Shown: piece after piece, positions 10,815 to 20,733 of the stretch | Layout: each line of letters begins with the position of its first letter | Numbering within the stretch: position 1 is the first letter of the stretch | Assembly (NCBI GenBank): GCA_964440795.1 | Contig: CAYTTQ010000004.1 | Span: forward strand, 3,622 to 67,621 | DNA from: an uncultured Desulfobacterales bacterium | Lineage (GTDB): Bacteria > Desulfobacterota > Desulfobacteria > Desulfobacterales > C00003060 | DNA length: 64,000 bases | Direction of reading: 5' to 3' | Translations under genes and position numbers: made by a program | The notes under the pieces: model-generated | The model's database searches: none | What the model was told of the DNA's origin: nothing | What the model saw: only the letters and a program-made list of their open reading frames with translations

Positions 10815-10915
10815 AAGGCCGGAACCATTCCACGACACGGGTTGGTTCCTTACCGCTGCTTCCTCCCGGACCTGACGGGGTTCGCAACCTCCCGTTGCGT
10901 GGCGCCCGGCCAGCG
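10815..10915 (-). ncRNA. ffs: signal recognition particle RNA (small 4.5S type)
   Basis: The minus strand reads ..CCCCGTCAGGTCCGGGAGGAAGCAGCGGTAAGG.. The E. coli 4.5S helix-8 core is GUCAGGUCCGGAAGGAAGCAGC, so the only difference is in the GNRA loop. Flanking arms pair (GGCCGG/CCGGCC and CACGCAACGGG/CCCGTGTCGTG). Ends are approximate. Confidence 0.8.
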
Positions 10916-11146
10916 ACAAGTCTTGGGACGAGAATCGAAGACCCTCAAAAGGGAATTCGGCCCCGCATAAGCGGATTTCGGGCAACAGGACACCGCTAAC
11001 TTCCCGCCTAGCACAACCAAGCCCCCTATGTATAAAGGATAGAGGGCGCGATTTCAACCGTAAAAGGGGGCGGGCCGGTGGGGCAGGTGCTTTTTACTTG
11101 ACTTCGGCCACAAGAAAAAACTAATGTTTATAGTATATTAGCTAGT

Positions 11147-12610
11147 GTGTCGGCACGTATGAAAAGGGTTCGCAAGATGGACAACATTCCGGGTATCCAT
11201 CCGCTGATCACGGCGGTTGCCACGACCCTAAGACGGTATGATATGGTGACCCACGGGGATAGGATCGTGGTCGGGGTTTCAGGCGGCCCGGATTCTATCG
11301 CACTTCTTCATTGTTTGGTCGCGTTACGCGATGAGTGGGCCTTCACATTGATCGTGGGTCACTTGAATCATGGACTTAGAAAAGATAGCGCCGGTCAGGA
11401 AGCGGACTTCGTGAAAAGGGTCGCTGGGGACCTGGGGCTGGCCTATAAAACCGACACGCAAGATGTGAAGCGGTTTTGCCGCGAATATGGACGGTCGCTG
11501 GAAGAAGGGGCCCGGGAGGTGCGTTACCGTTTCTACGGTGCCGTGGCTCGGGAGGTTGATGCCCGACGGGTGGCCCTTGGCCATCAGGCGGACGACAATG
11601 CCGAATCGATTATGATGCATTTGTTACGGGGTACGGGCCCCAAAGGACTGACCGGGATTCCGCCGACGCGGGATGGGTGGATTATTCGACCCTTGATTGA
11701 TGTTTCCAGAAAGACGATTATCCAATTTCTTCGGGAAAACGGACTTAGCTATGTCGAAGACGCGTCAAACCGAGACCCCCGGTACCTGAGGAACCGGATT
11801 CGGCATGAACTGTTTCCCATGTTGCACGCATCGTACGGGTTTCAGGCGGTGCCGGTGCTGACTCGGCTGGCGGAGACCCTCAGAGAGGAAGAGGCGTTCT
11901 GGGACGGGCGGGTGGCTCGGGCGTTTCGCCATGCCTTGGTGGGAAGAGAAGCCACCCGTATTGTGCTGTCGATCAAGCACCTGAAAGCATTGCCCCCGGC
12001 GTTGCTGCGCCGGTCGATTCGTTACGCCGTCGGTGAGTTGAAGGGAGACGTGAGAGGGCTGGAACAAAAACATGTCGCACTGGTCTCGCAATTTCTGAAT
12101 CGGACTTGCCCCGTCGGTCGGCTGAATCTGCCACGAGGAATGACGGTATCTTGCGATGGCAACAAGGTGACGTTTTCGTTGGGGGATCAAGAAGGTATCG
12201 CCGACTTTGCCTATCGGATCCGGGGACTTGGTCAGACGGTTATCGAAGAATTGGGATTGAGTATCGACGCGTCGATTTGTGCGCCTCGGGAGGTCGCCTA
12301 CCGGTTGGAATCATTTCCCGCCTCGGTGGCCTGTTTTGATGCCCAGGCGGTTTCTTTTCCGTTGATTGTCAGGAACGTCAGGCCGGGCGATCGCTTCATT
12401 CCGCTGGGTATGGCGGGGTCGCAAAAGGTGAAGGACTTCTTCATTAATAAAAAAGTTCCGTGGCTGCAACGACAACGCACGCCCTTGATTTGGAGTGGTG
12501 AGATGTTGATTTGGGTGGCGGGGCACCGCATTCATGATGCCGCCAAGGTGAAGACAGACACTCGGCGAGTACTCAAACTTGAACTCATTGACCGTGATAT
12601 AAAAGATTGA
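11147..12610 (+). CDS. tilS: tRNA(Ile)-lysidine synthase TilS
   Basis: 487 aa. PP-loop VGVSGGPDSIALL. tilS-ftsH synteny. Confidence 0.9.
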   Translation: MSARMKRVRKMDNIPGIHPLITAVATTLRRYDMVTHGDRIVVGVSGGPDSIALLHCLVALRDEWAFTLIVGHLNHGLRKDSAGQEADFVKRVAGDLGLAYKTDTQDVKRFCREYGRSLEEGAREVRYRFYGAVAREVDARRVALGHQADDNAESIMMHLLRGTGPKGLTGIPPTRDGWIIRPLIDVSRKTIIQFLRENGLSYVEDASNRDPRYLRNRIRHELFPMLHASYGFQAVPVLTRLAETLREEEAFWDGRVARAFRHALVGREATRIVLSIKHLKALPPALLRRSIRYAVGELKGDVRGLEQKHVALVSQFLNRTCPVGRLNLPRGMTVSCDGNKVTFSLGDQEGIADFAYRIRGLGQTVIEELGLSIDASICAPREVAYRLESFPASVACFDAQAVSFPLIVRNVRPGDRFIPLGMAGSQKVKDFFINKKVPWLQRQRTPLIWSGEMLIWVAGHRIHDAAKVKTDTRRVLKLELIDRDIKD

Positions 12611-12776
12611 AAAGGGGAGGATCTTGTATTATCTTCCCTCCGTATATGTTGACCATTTCATCAAATTTAACCCTTTCCAAGTCCATCATATGTCGGGGAT
12701 GTGGTCATGCTTGTCCGATCTCGGCATTGTGTGACAAAGGTGCGGTTCAGAGCCGGACCCCATATCCAAGGAGGTT

Positions 12777-14639
12777 GTGTTATTGAATCCTTTTTATAAG
12801 AATTTGGCGCTTTGGTTGGTTATCAGTCTGGTCATGATCCTGTTGTTCAATCTGTTTAACCAATCAAAAGTTCAACATAGGGAACTGAGCTATACTGAGT
12901 TTATGGCCCAGGTGGAAAAGGGTCTCGTCAAGCAAGTGACGATTCAAGGCCCGGAAATAACCGGCACGGACGTTAACGGCCTGAGTTTTAAGACCTTTGC
13001 GCCGGAAGACAGTGACATGATCAAGACCTTGAGAAGTCACGATGTCTCAATCAAGGCCAAACCCCCGTCCGAATCTCCCTGGTATATGACCGTGCTGGTG
13101 TCGTGGTTTCCCATGATCCTGCTGATTGCCGTGTGGATCTTTTTTATGCGGCAAATGCAGGGCGGCGGGGGGAAGGCCCTGTCTTTCGGCAAAAGTCGGG
13201 CCATGCTGTTTTCCGATTACTCGACCAAGGTGACCTTCGCGGACGTGGCGGGCATCGACGAGGCAAAGGAGGAGTTGACGGAGATTATTGACTTTCTCAA
13301 GGATCCAAAGAAGTTTACCCGTCTAGGGGGGAGAATCCCTAAAGGGGTCCTCCTCATGGGAGGACCGGGTACGGGCAAAACCCTTTTGGCCAGGGCCATC
13401 GCCGGTGAGGCGGGGGTTCCCTTTTACAGTATCAGCGGTTCCGACTTCGTGGAGATGTTCGTCGGTGTGGGGGCGTCACGGGTGAGGGATCTGTTTGTTC
13501 AGGGCAAAAAGAATGCGCCGTGTATCATATTCATAGACGAGATCGATGCAGTGGGGCGGCACAGAGGTGCCGGCTTGGGAGGGGGACACGATGAACGGGA
13601 GCAGACATTAAACCAACTGTTGGTGGAAATGGACGGATTCGAATCGAATGAGGGGGTCATCCTGATATCGGCTACCAACCGTCCGGATATTTTGGATCCC
13701 GCTCTTACCCGGCCGGGCCGTTTTGACCGGCAGGTGATGGTGCCCGCCCCGGATGTAAAGGGCCGGGAAGGTATCCTCGAGGTCCACAGCCGAAAAGCGC
13801 CTTTGGCCGATGACGTTAACCTCGCGGTATTGGCTCGTGGAACCCCCGGGTTTTCAGGTGCCGACATAGAAAACATGGTTAATGAAGCGGCTCTATTGGC
13901 GGCCCGGGGGGATAAAGATTTCCTGGAGATGTCCGATTTTGAAGAGGCCAAGGACAAGGTGCTGATGGGCACGGCCCGCAAGAGCATGATCATCAGTGAA
14001 GAAGAAAAGAGAAATACGGCCTATCACGAAGCCGGCCATACCCTGGTGGTCAAAATGCTTCCCGGTACGGATCCGGTTCACAAGGTGACGATTATTCCGA
14101 GGGGGCGGGCTATGGGGTTGACCCAACAACTGCCCATAGACGAAAAACATACCTATCCCAAGAAATACCTGCTGAATAACCTGGCGGTGCTCATGGGCGG
14201 GCGGGTCGCCGAAGAGCTGGTTTTGGATGAATTGACCACCGGCGCTGGAAACGACATCGAGCGGGCGACCGATACGGCTCGAAAAATGGTCTGCGAATGG
14301 GGTATGAGTGAAAAACTGGGTCCCATGTCTTTTGGACAAAAAGAAGAACAGATCTTTCTGGGAAGAGAGTTCGCGCAACATAGGGATTACAGTGAAGAAA
14401 CGGCCATGCTCATCGACAAGGAGATTGCCCAGTTGGTATCCGATGCCCATGAGAAAGCCAAAGATATCCTTCGGGGAAACATAGATACCCTTCACGCCTT
14501 GGCCCAGGCCCTGCTGGAGCGGGAAACGCTGGTGGAAAGTGACGTGGATGCCATCATAGCCGGTGAGAAGGGGGTGGAAGACATTGTCTCTGATGCCGAT
14601 GAACCGGATTCCGGGGTGGGCATGGAAGATGGCGGATAG
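12777..14639 (+). CDS. ftsH: ATP-dependent zinc metalloprotease FtsH
   Basis: 620 aa. GTG start 6 nt after AAGGAGG, two N-terminal TM segments, Walker [11 protein letters not shown], and HEAGH zinc site. Confidence 0.97.
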   Translation: MLLNPFYKNLALWLVISLVMILLFNLFNQSKVQHRELSYTEFMAQVEKGLVKQVTIQGPEITGTDVNGLSFKTFAPEDSDMIKTLRSHDVSIKAKPPSESPWYMTVLVSWFPMILLIAVWIFFMRQMQGGGGKALSFGKSRAMLFSDYSTKVTFADVAGIDEAKEELTEIIDFLKDPKKFTRLGGRIPKGVLLMGGPGTGKTLLARAIAGEAGVPFYSISGSDFVEMFVGVGASRVRDLFVQGKKNAPCIIFIDEIDAVGRHRGAGLGGGHDEREQTLNQLLVEMDGFESNEGVILISATNRPDILDPALTRPGRFDRQVMVPAPDVKGREGILEVHSRKAPLADDVNLAVLARGTPGFSGADIENMVNEAALLAARGDKDFLEMSDFEEAKDKVLMGTARKSMIISEEEKRNTAYHEAGHTLVVKMLPGTDPVHKVTIIPRGRAMGLTQQLPIDEKHTYPKKYLLNNLAVLMGGRVAEELVLDELTTGAGNDIERATDTARKMVCEWGMSEKLGPMSFGQKEEQIFLGREFAQHRDYSEETAMLIDKEIAQLVSDAHEKAKDILRGNIDTLHALAQALLERETLVESDVDAIIAGEKGVEDIVSDADEPDSGVGMEDGG

Positions 14640-14691
14640 GTTGACAACGAAAAACAAATCCGTCAACCGGCCCTGATCGGCGATCTTTCCT

Positions 14692-15555
14692 ATGTATCAC
14701 ACCTCAACGATGAAAATCGAAGCGGGACCCTTTTCGCTCGTGTTTGGACACCGCACACGAATTATGGGCATCGTGAACGTCACGCCCGATTCGTTCTCCG
14801 ACGGGGGACTCTTTTTCGATGCGGTCAAGGCCGTCGAACATGGCCGGGCCTTGGCGGATGCGGGGGCGGATGTTGTGGACGTGGGGGGAGAATCTTCCCG
14901 ACCTTTTTCCGAATCGGTGACCGTGGAAGAAGAGACCCAACGGGTGATTCCCGTTGTGGAAGGTCTTGCAAAACGTCTTTCCGTGCCCGTATCCATTGAT
15001 ACCACCAAGGCCGCCGTCGCCCGGCGGGCCATAGATGCAGGGGCTTGCATAATCAACGATATCGGCGCGATGCGTCTGGATCCGGATATGGCCCCCCTGG
15101 TTGCCGGTGCCCATGTACCGGTGATCCTCATGCATATGAAGGGAAGGCCCAAGGACATGCAGGTGGAACCTTCATACGAAGATGTCGCATCGGAGGTGAA
15201 AGCGTTTTTCCGAAAGGTGCTTGCGCGAACCGAGCAGGCGGGGATCGGCCGAGACAAAGTGATTATCGATCCCGGGATCGGTTTTGGAAAGACGGTGACC
15301 CATAACTTGCTTCTCATAAAACATCTTTCCATGTTCCACAATTTGGGCGTTCCCATATTGATCGGCCCGTCCAGGAAATCGTTTATTACCAAAATCTTGG
15401 GATCCGGACCGGAAGAACGACGAGAAGTGGGAACGCAGGCGGCGCTGGCTGTTGCGGCATACCAGGGGGTGCATATGGTGCGTGTTCACGACGTGGCGAG
15501 AACAAAGCAAACCTTGGGAATTATCGATGCCGTTAGATCGGCGGGTCGTTCGTAA
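14692..15555 (+). CDS. folP: dihydropteroate synthase
   Basis: 287 aa. GIVNVTPDSFSDGG. ftsH-folP synteny. Confidence 0.93.
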   Translation: MYHTSTMKIEAGPFSLVFGHRTRIMGIVNVTPDSFSDGGLFFDAVKAVEHGRALADAGADVVDVGGESSRPFSESVTVEEETQRVIPVVEGLAKRLSVPVSIDTTKAAVARRAIDAGACIINDIGAMRLDPDMAPLVAGAHVPVILMHMKGRPKDMQVEPSYEDVASEVKAFFRKVLARTEQAGIGRDKVIIDPGIGFGKTVTHNLLLIKHLSMFHNLGVPILIGPSRKSFITKILGSGPEERREVGTQAALAVAAYQGVHMVRVHDVARTKQTLGIIDAVRSAGRS

Positions 15556-15556
15556 A

Positions 15557-16480
15557 ATGGGTGCTGTGCCATGGTTCAAAGTGGGGCTGTTTAAGCGCAT
15601 CCTGGTTGTGATGGTGGCGTTTTCGGCGGCAGGTGTCGGTTTTCTCTTCTTTAGGACGAGCGAAATGACTTTGCCGGTCTCCGTTCAGTTTTCCAATCTT
15701 TCCGAGGGACTGGTGATCGCCGGGAAGGTTCCACCCGTGGAGGGCCTCGTGAAGGGGCCGGTTAGGGTGCTCAACGGGCTGAAAGGTGCAAAACTTCTCT
15801 ATGAAGTGGATATGGATTCTGTCGAACCGGGTAAAGCGTATTTGGAAATAGACCAAGAACGAATAGCCGTGCCGGACAACGTTACCGTCGTGTCTGTGGA
15901 TCCGGCATCTTTTGTTGTTCCTGTGGACGAAGCGGCGAGAAAGTGGGTTCCTATCGTGCCCGATGTTGAAGGCGAGCCGGCGGCAGGGTATGTGATGTCT
16001 TCTCTGAAAGCCTCTCCGGACCGGATCGAGATTACCGGCCCGGCCAGGATGCTGGGCCGGATTTCGGCACTGCGGACAACCCCTATAGACCTGGCCGGGT
16101 TGAAAGAATCGACCACAAGAAACGTTGCGGTCAGCCTGAGTGATAGGGCGGAAGTTCAGGTTCCCGGAGACGGCCTGGTCGAAGTCGACATTGAAATAGA
16201 GGAAAAAATCGTTGAGAACTGGCTGACATTGTCGGTTCAGCCGATCGGTACGGATCGTCGATGTGAAGTGATCCCTTCCCAGATCGCGGTCCTGTTAAAA
16301 GGGCCGGAAAAGGCATTCCGGAAACTGGGCACACATGCCCGAGTCGATGTTCGTGTGGATCTTGAAGGGCTCGAACCGGGAACCTATTTTCGCCACGCGA
16401 TTATTGAACCGCCCTTGGATATCGTGGTTTTGGAGACCCGGCCGACGACATTCAAGGTAGAGATTTTTGAAAATGGGTAA
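15557..16480 (+). CDS. YbbR-domain (CdaR-like) membrane-anchored protein
   Basis: I chose the ATG at 15557, immediately after the folP stop; the tracked ORF start at 15452 lies inside folP. It has an N-terminal TM segment (ILVVMVAFSAAGVGFLFF) followed by repeated beta-rich YbbR-like modules. Confidence 0.62.
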   Translation: MGAVPWFKVGLFKRILVVMVAFSAAGVGFLFFRTSEMTLPVSVQFSNLSEGLVIAGKVPPVEGLVKGPVRVLNGLKGAKLLYEVDMDSVEPGKAYLEIDQERIAVPDNVTVVSVDPASFVVPVDEAARKWVPIVPDVEGEPAAGYVMSSLKASPDRIEITGPARMLGRISALRTTPIDLAGLKESTTRNVAVSLSDRAEVQVPGDGLVEVDIEIEEKIVENWLTLSVQPIGTDRRCEVIPSQIAVLLKGPEKAFRKLGTHARVDVRVDLEGLEPGTYFRHAIIEPPLDIVVLETRPTTFKVEIFENG

Positions 16481-16506
16481 ATAAAATCCGCTGGAATTCG
16501 ATCGTT

Positions 16507-17274
16507 ATGCTGTTGGCCATTGATGTAGGAAATACGACCACCGTGATCGGTGGATACGAAGGAGAGGAACTGGTTTGCCACTGGCGGGTGCAAACGAAGC
16601 AAGGGGTTACGGAAGACGAGTTTTATTTACTTTTGAGCAACCTGTTTTCCGGCCAAGGCAAAGACCTGAAAGCGGTGACCGCCACGATCATCTCCTGCGT
16701 GGTTCCCCCGTTGGTAAACAGTCTTAACAGTTTCTGCCTTAAGTATATTCAACATTCTCCCCTATGGGTGGATCCGACCACAATGAATCGGATGCCGATT
16801 GCCTACGAATCCCCAAAAGAGGTGGGGGCCGATCGGCTGGTCAACGCGGTTGCCGCCTTCCGGAAGTATGCCGGGAGTCTGGTGGTGGTCGACTTTGGTA
16901 CGGCCACTACGTTTGATTGTATTTCAAAAGACGGCGTATACTTGGGGGGTGCGATCAGTCCGGGTATCTTGATTGCGTCGGAAGCCCTGTTTCAAAAGGC
17001 CTCCAAACTTCCCCGGGTAGAGATTTTCGGCCGACCGGAGGCGGTTGTTGCCAAAGATACGGTCAGTAGTATGCGGGCGGGCATCATCTACGGGTATGCT
17101 GGCTTGGTGGATGGCATCGTGAACCGCATTAAGCGGGAAATGGCTCCGTCGCCCAAGGTGGTGGCCACCGGCGGTTTGGCTGATCTGATGACCGAAGTGT
17201 CGGAGACCATCGAAGTGGTGGAACCTTTTCTTACCTTGGAGGGGTTGCGGATTCTTTATTCGGAAAAGAATTGA
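16507..17274 (+). CDS. coaX: type III pantothenate kinase
   Basis: 255 aa. MLLAIDVGNTTT, DFGTATTFD and VVATGG motifs. Confidence 0.9.
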   Translation: MLLAIDVGNTTTVIGGYEGEELVCHWRVQTKQGVTEDEFYLLLSNLFSGQGKDLKAVTATIISCVVPPLVNSLNSFCLKYIQHSPLWVDPTTMNRMPIAYESPKEVGADRLVNAVAAFRKYAGSLVVVDFGTATTFDCISKDGVYLGGAISPGILIASEALFQKASKLPRVEIFGRPEAVVAKDTVSSMRAGIIYGYAGLVDGIVNRIKREMAPSPKVVATGGLADLMTEVSETIEVVEPFLTLEGLRILYSEKN

Positions 17275-17281
17275 CGACAAG

Positions 17282-17959
17282 CTACACACGTCCCGCCTTT
17301 TTCATGGACTCCCAAAAGACTTGATAAAAATTTTCGTGGTCGGCCAATGCCCCGGAGAGGATCTTTCCCAGTTCGTCAATGTCCTGAAGGTTGATCACGA
17401 GGTTTACGCTCCTGTTAAAGGCCATCATGTTGTCCATGGTTTTGAAACTGTCGCCCAAAAGGGCGACGAAAATATGTCGTCGGGCACTGATGGGCAGTTG
17501 GGCTAAGTATTGGAGGACGTGGTTGGCGTCTGCACTTGGGGCTTCGAAAATTTCGTTGACGATGACCATGTCGTAGGATTGAAAGCGCATGTACTTGAGG
17601 GCATTTCGGGCCGAAGCGGCTTCCGCCACCCGGTATCCCATGTCGTTGAGGGTCTGAGCGATCTTGCCTTTGGTCTGTTCGTCTTGATGGCAAAGAAGGG
17701 CCGTCTTTTCTCCTTTTAAGAGATAGTCAAACGGCTTTTCCGAAGGGTCATAGGCCTTTGATTCCACTTCCCGGACCATGGTCTGCAGCCCGTCGGGGTT
17801 GGATGCATTGGGTTGAGATTCCTCCGTCACCGCTTTGCGGGGATCGATTTGTACCTTCCCCTGGCATTTGGTGCACTTTAAGGTGGCCGGCCGAACTGAC
17901 GGCAATTTTCCGTCCGCCACTTTGAGCTTAACTCCGCAATGTCGGCACGTGATTTCCAT
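17282..17959 (-). CDS. zinc-ribbon protein with degenerate CheY-like receiver domain
   Basis: 225 aa. The N-terminus has two CxxC pairs (CRHCGVKLKV...CTKCQGKV). The C-terminal ~120 aa has a receiver-like alternating pattern, but VIVNE stands where the phospho-Asp is expected. Its ATG overlaps the stop of the upstream pilT-family gene. Confidence 0.6.
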   Translation of the reverse strand: MEITCRHCGVKLKVADGKLPSVRPATLKCTKCQGKVQIDPRKAVTEESQPNASNPDGLQTMVREVESKAYDPSEKPFDYLLKGEKTALLCHQDEQTKGKIAQTLNDMGYRVAEAASARNALKYMRFQSYDMVIVNEIFEAPSADANHVLQYLAQLPISARRHIFVALLGDSFKTMDNMMAFNRSVNLVINLQDIDELGKILSGALADHENFYQVFWESMKKAGRV

Positions 17960-19149
17960 TACGGGTGTCCCTGCCGTTTCTCCAGGCCCTTATCATATTC
18001 GGCGTCAATCTCCAGGTCTTCGATATCCGTGGTTTTTTCTCCCCGTTGGGCTTTGATGTGATCAATCCCTCGGGCCGCTACGGCCTTTCGGGAGGCGTAT
18101 GTCAAGGCTGTCTTGGCGCTGATCAGGCCCTGTTCAAAGAGCCTGACGATATATTGGTCGAAGGTGGTCATCCCGAAGGCCTGGCCGGCCTCGATGATTT
18201 CATAGAAGGTTTTTCCTTCCGACTCGCCGTGCAAGATGGAATCCTTCACTCTAAGGCTGGTTCTCAGGACCTCGAAAGCGGCAACCCGTCCGCCGCCCCC
18301 TTCTTTGGGAAGAAGCCGCTGAGACACGATCCAACGGATGGTATCGGCTAACCGGATACGGATCTGATTTTCTTCCTCCGTGTTAAACATGCCCAACAAC
18401 CGGTTGATTGTCTGCCCCGCATCGACGGTGTGAAGAGTGGATACCACCAAATGGCCGGTTTCAGCCGCATTCAGGGCGATCTCCACCGTTTCCCGGTCAC
18501 GCATTTCCCCCACCATGATTACCTTTGGCGCTTGTCTCAACGCAGCACGAAGACCGTTGGCGAAACTATCGAAGTTGGTCCCCATTTCTCGCTGGTTGAA
18601 TGTGGCCTGCTTATGCGGATGCTCGTATTCGATCGGGTCTTCCAGGGTGATGATATGAACAGAGTCTTTCTCATTGATTTCGTTAAGCAATGCGGCCAGC
18701 GACGTCGATTTTCCGGTGCCGGTGGCTCCGGTGGCCAGAACCAGACCGTTTCTTTCCTGAGCGATTTCAAAGAAGGCTTCCGGTAGTTTAAGTTCCCTGC
18801 ATGTGGGAATCTTGGTTTCCAGCTTTCTCAGGACCACTGAATGGTTACTCTTTTGAGAGAAGATGTCCGCCCGGAACCGCGCCTTGCCGGGAAGTTGATA
18901 GGACAAGTCACACGAGCCTTCCCGAATGAGGGCCTCGGTAAGACGGCGGTCCCGATTCAGCAAGTTAAGGGCAAAGACCTCGGTTTGAAAAGGTGTCAAG
19001 GCACGGAAGGGCGGATTCAGTTCGACCGGGTAAAGGACGCCGTCGCTTTCCACTTGGAACGGTTTTCCCACAGTCACGTTGAGATCGGATACGTTGCTGT
19101 GGGAATCCAACATCCGGGTCATGATATGTTCGATTTCTTGCTTTCTCAT
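17959..19149 (-). CDS. PilT-family type IV pilus retraction ATPase (PilU-like paralog)
   Basis: 396 aa. Walker A GATGTGKSTS, the MVGEMRD box, and an extended C-terminus. 4-nt overlap with pilT. Confidence 0.85.
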   Translation of the reverse strand: MRKQEIEHIMTRMLDSHSNVSDLNVTVGKPFQVESDGVLYPVELNPPFRALTPFQTEVFALNLLNRDRRLTEALIREGSCDLSYQLPGKARFRADIFSQKSNHSVVLRKLETKIPTCRELKLPEAFFEIAQERNGLVLATGATGTGKSTSLAALLNEINEKDSVHIITLEDPIEYEHPHKQATFNQREMGTNFDSFANGLRAALRQAPKVIMVGEMRDRETVEIALNAAETGHLVVSTLHTVDAGQTINRLLGMFNTEEENQIRIRLADTIRWIVSQRLLPKEGGGGRVAAFEVLRTSLRVKDSILHGESEGKTFYEIIEAGQAFGMTTFDQYIVRLFEQGLISAKTALTYASRKAVAARGIDHIKAQRGEKTTDIEDLEIDAEYDKGLEKRQGHP

Positions 19150-20228
19150 GCTTCCGTAAAGTCTGAAGGTGGTGATTTGAGCAACGGGCGAAACCGGGCC
19201 TTGTCGTTCGACTTGGCATAGGCTTCATCGGCACTTATCCAGCCTTTATTGAATAGGTCCATGACCGCGTCATCGAGAAGTTGCATGCCATACTTTTTGC
19301 CTGTCTGGATCATAGACGGGATTTGGTGGGTTTTGCGCTCTCTGACCAGATTGCGTATCGCCGGTGTGGCAATGAGAATCTCCAGTGCGACACACCGGCC
19401 TTTTCGGTCGATTCGCTTAAACAGGACTTGTGCCAGTACCGCCCGGAGTCCGTCTGCCAAGGTGGAGCGTATTTGAGCCTGTTGATCCGCCGGGAAGACC
19501 TCCACGATTCGGTCGACCGTATTGACGGCACTGGTGGTGTGCAAGGTGGCGAATACCAGATGGCCCGTGGAGGCGGCTTCAATGGCCAAGGAGATTGTCT
19601 CAAGATCTCTCATCTCTCCCACCAGGATAACATCCGGGTCTTCCCGGAGGGCACCCCTCAAGGCCGTTGAAAAGGACTGAGTATGTTCCCCTATTTCCCG
19701 TTGGTTTACCACACACCCCTGGCTTTGATGGACGAATTCGATGGGATCTTCAATGGTAATGATATGGTCTTTCCGTGAAGCATTGGCCTTGTCGATAATA
19801 GCGGCGAGGGTTGTCGACTTACCGCTTCCCGTGGGGCCGGTGACAATGACCAGGCCGCGGGGCAAAGACGCCAGCTTGGATACGACTGTAGGCAACCCCA
19901 ATTCTTCAGCCGTGGTGATCTTATCCGGGATTTCCCGAAAGACGGCACCCACCCCGTTTTTTTGCATGAAGAAATTGGCCCGGTATCTGGCCAATCCGGG
20001 AATTTCGTAGCCAAAATCAACGTCTCCGGTTTCCTCAAAGACCTTGATGCGGTCTTCCGGAGTGATTTCATAGAGCATGGCCCGAAGGGTGTCGTTGTCC
20101 AAGACCGCATACTTTATCCGTTCAATGTCGCCCACTATTCGCAGCATGGGCGGTTGACCGGCGACCAGGTGGAGGTCCGAGGCCCCTTGGTCATGCATCA
20201 ATTTAAAGAATGCGTCGATTTTTGCCAT
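19146..20228 (-). CDS. pilT: twitching motility ATPase PilT
   Basis: 360 aa. GASDLHL, Walker A GPTGSGKSTT, LVGEMRD, and the AIRNLVRE (AIRNLIRE-type) PilT motif. Confidence 0.9.
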   Translation of the reverse strand: MAKIDAFFKLMHDQGASDLHLVAGQPPMLRIVGDIERIKYAVLDNDTLRAMLYEITPEDRIKVFEETGDVDFGYEIPGLARYRANFFMQKNGVGAVFREIPDKITTAEELGLPTVVSKLASLPRGLVIVTGPTGSGKSTTLAAIIDKANASRKDHIITIEDPIEFVHQSQGCVVNQREIGEHTQSFSTALRGALREDPDVILVGEMRDLETISLAIEAASTGHLVFATLHTTSAVNTVDRIVEVFPADQQAQIRSTLADGLRAVLAQVLFKRIDRKGRCVALEILIATPAIRNLVRERKTHQIPSMIQTGKKYGMQLLDDAVMDLFNKGWISADEAYAKSNDKARFRPLLKSPPSDFTEA

Positions 20229-20240
20229 TCACAGGCTCCC

Positions 20241-20540
20241 TTACATTAAGCTTGCCGCCATTCTCATCAAGCTGTTGACCACGAAGGAACGGAGAAATAT
20301 GACGACCAGCAATACGATCATGGGCGAAAAATCAATTCCACCAAACCCCATGGGAAATTGTCTCCGGATCGGATAGAGGACCGGTTCGGTGACGTTGTGG
20401 ATGAATCGTACAATCGGATTGTACGGGTCGGGACTCACCCAGGAAAGGATGGCCCGGGCGATGATGATCCACATGTAAAAGAAGAGGGCGTAGTCGAGTA
20501 CCGTTCCCAGGGCGTGCAGAAAATAACCAATCACATACAT
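20241..20540 (-). CDS. yggT: YggT family membrane protein
   Basis: 99 aa with two hydrophobic segments and YggT-like length and pattern. It sits 12 nt upstream of pilT. Confidence 0.75.
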   Translation of the reverse strand: MYVIGYFLHALGTVLDYALFFYMWIIIARAILSWVSPDPYNPIVRFIHNVTEPVLYPIRRQFPMGFGGIDFSPMIVLLVVIFLRSFVVNSLMRMAASLM

Positions 20541-20707
20541 AACATACCCTTACATCTTCAAAAGCGCGAGAAGCATTTGTTGTCTGAATATATGTACAAC
20601 TACTTGACTTTTAATTGTTATCGGCAATGGGGCCTAAAAAGTCAAGAAATTTAACACGAAGGCCGGAAACGACGAGACGGGGCGGTGCAGTGACGGAGAC
20701 GATCTTC

Positions 20708-20723
20708 TGGCATAACCTTTGCT
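20708..20723 (+). promoter_or_regulatory. sigma54 (-24/-12) promoter candidate
   Basis: TGGCAT-AACCT-TTGCT against the consensus TGGCAC-N5-TTGCW, with correct GG/GC spacing. Confidence 0.55.
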
Positions 20724-20733
20724 ATCAGAAATA

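Noticed and set aside
10788-11057. 89-aa ORF between the radical SAM gene and tilS
   Set aside because: It is overlapped by the SRP RNA (GUCAGGUCCGGGAGGAAGCAGC core), so the ORF is incidental.
13893-15392. Long antisense ORFs over the ftsH 3' end (257 aa) and folP (231 aa, 143 aa)
   Set aside because: They lie opposite highly conserved genes, and their translations lack any recognisable features.
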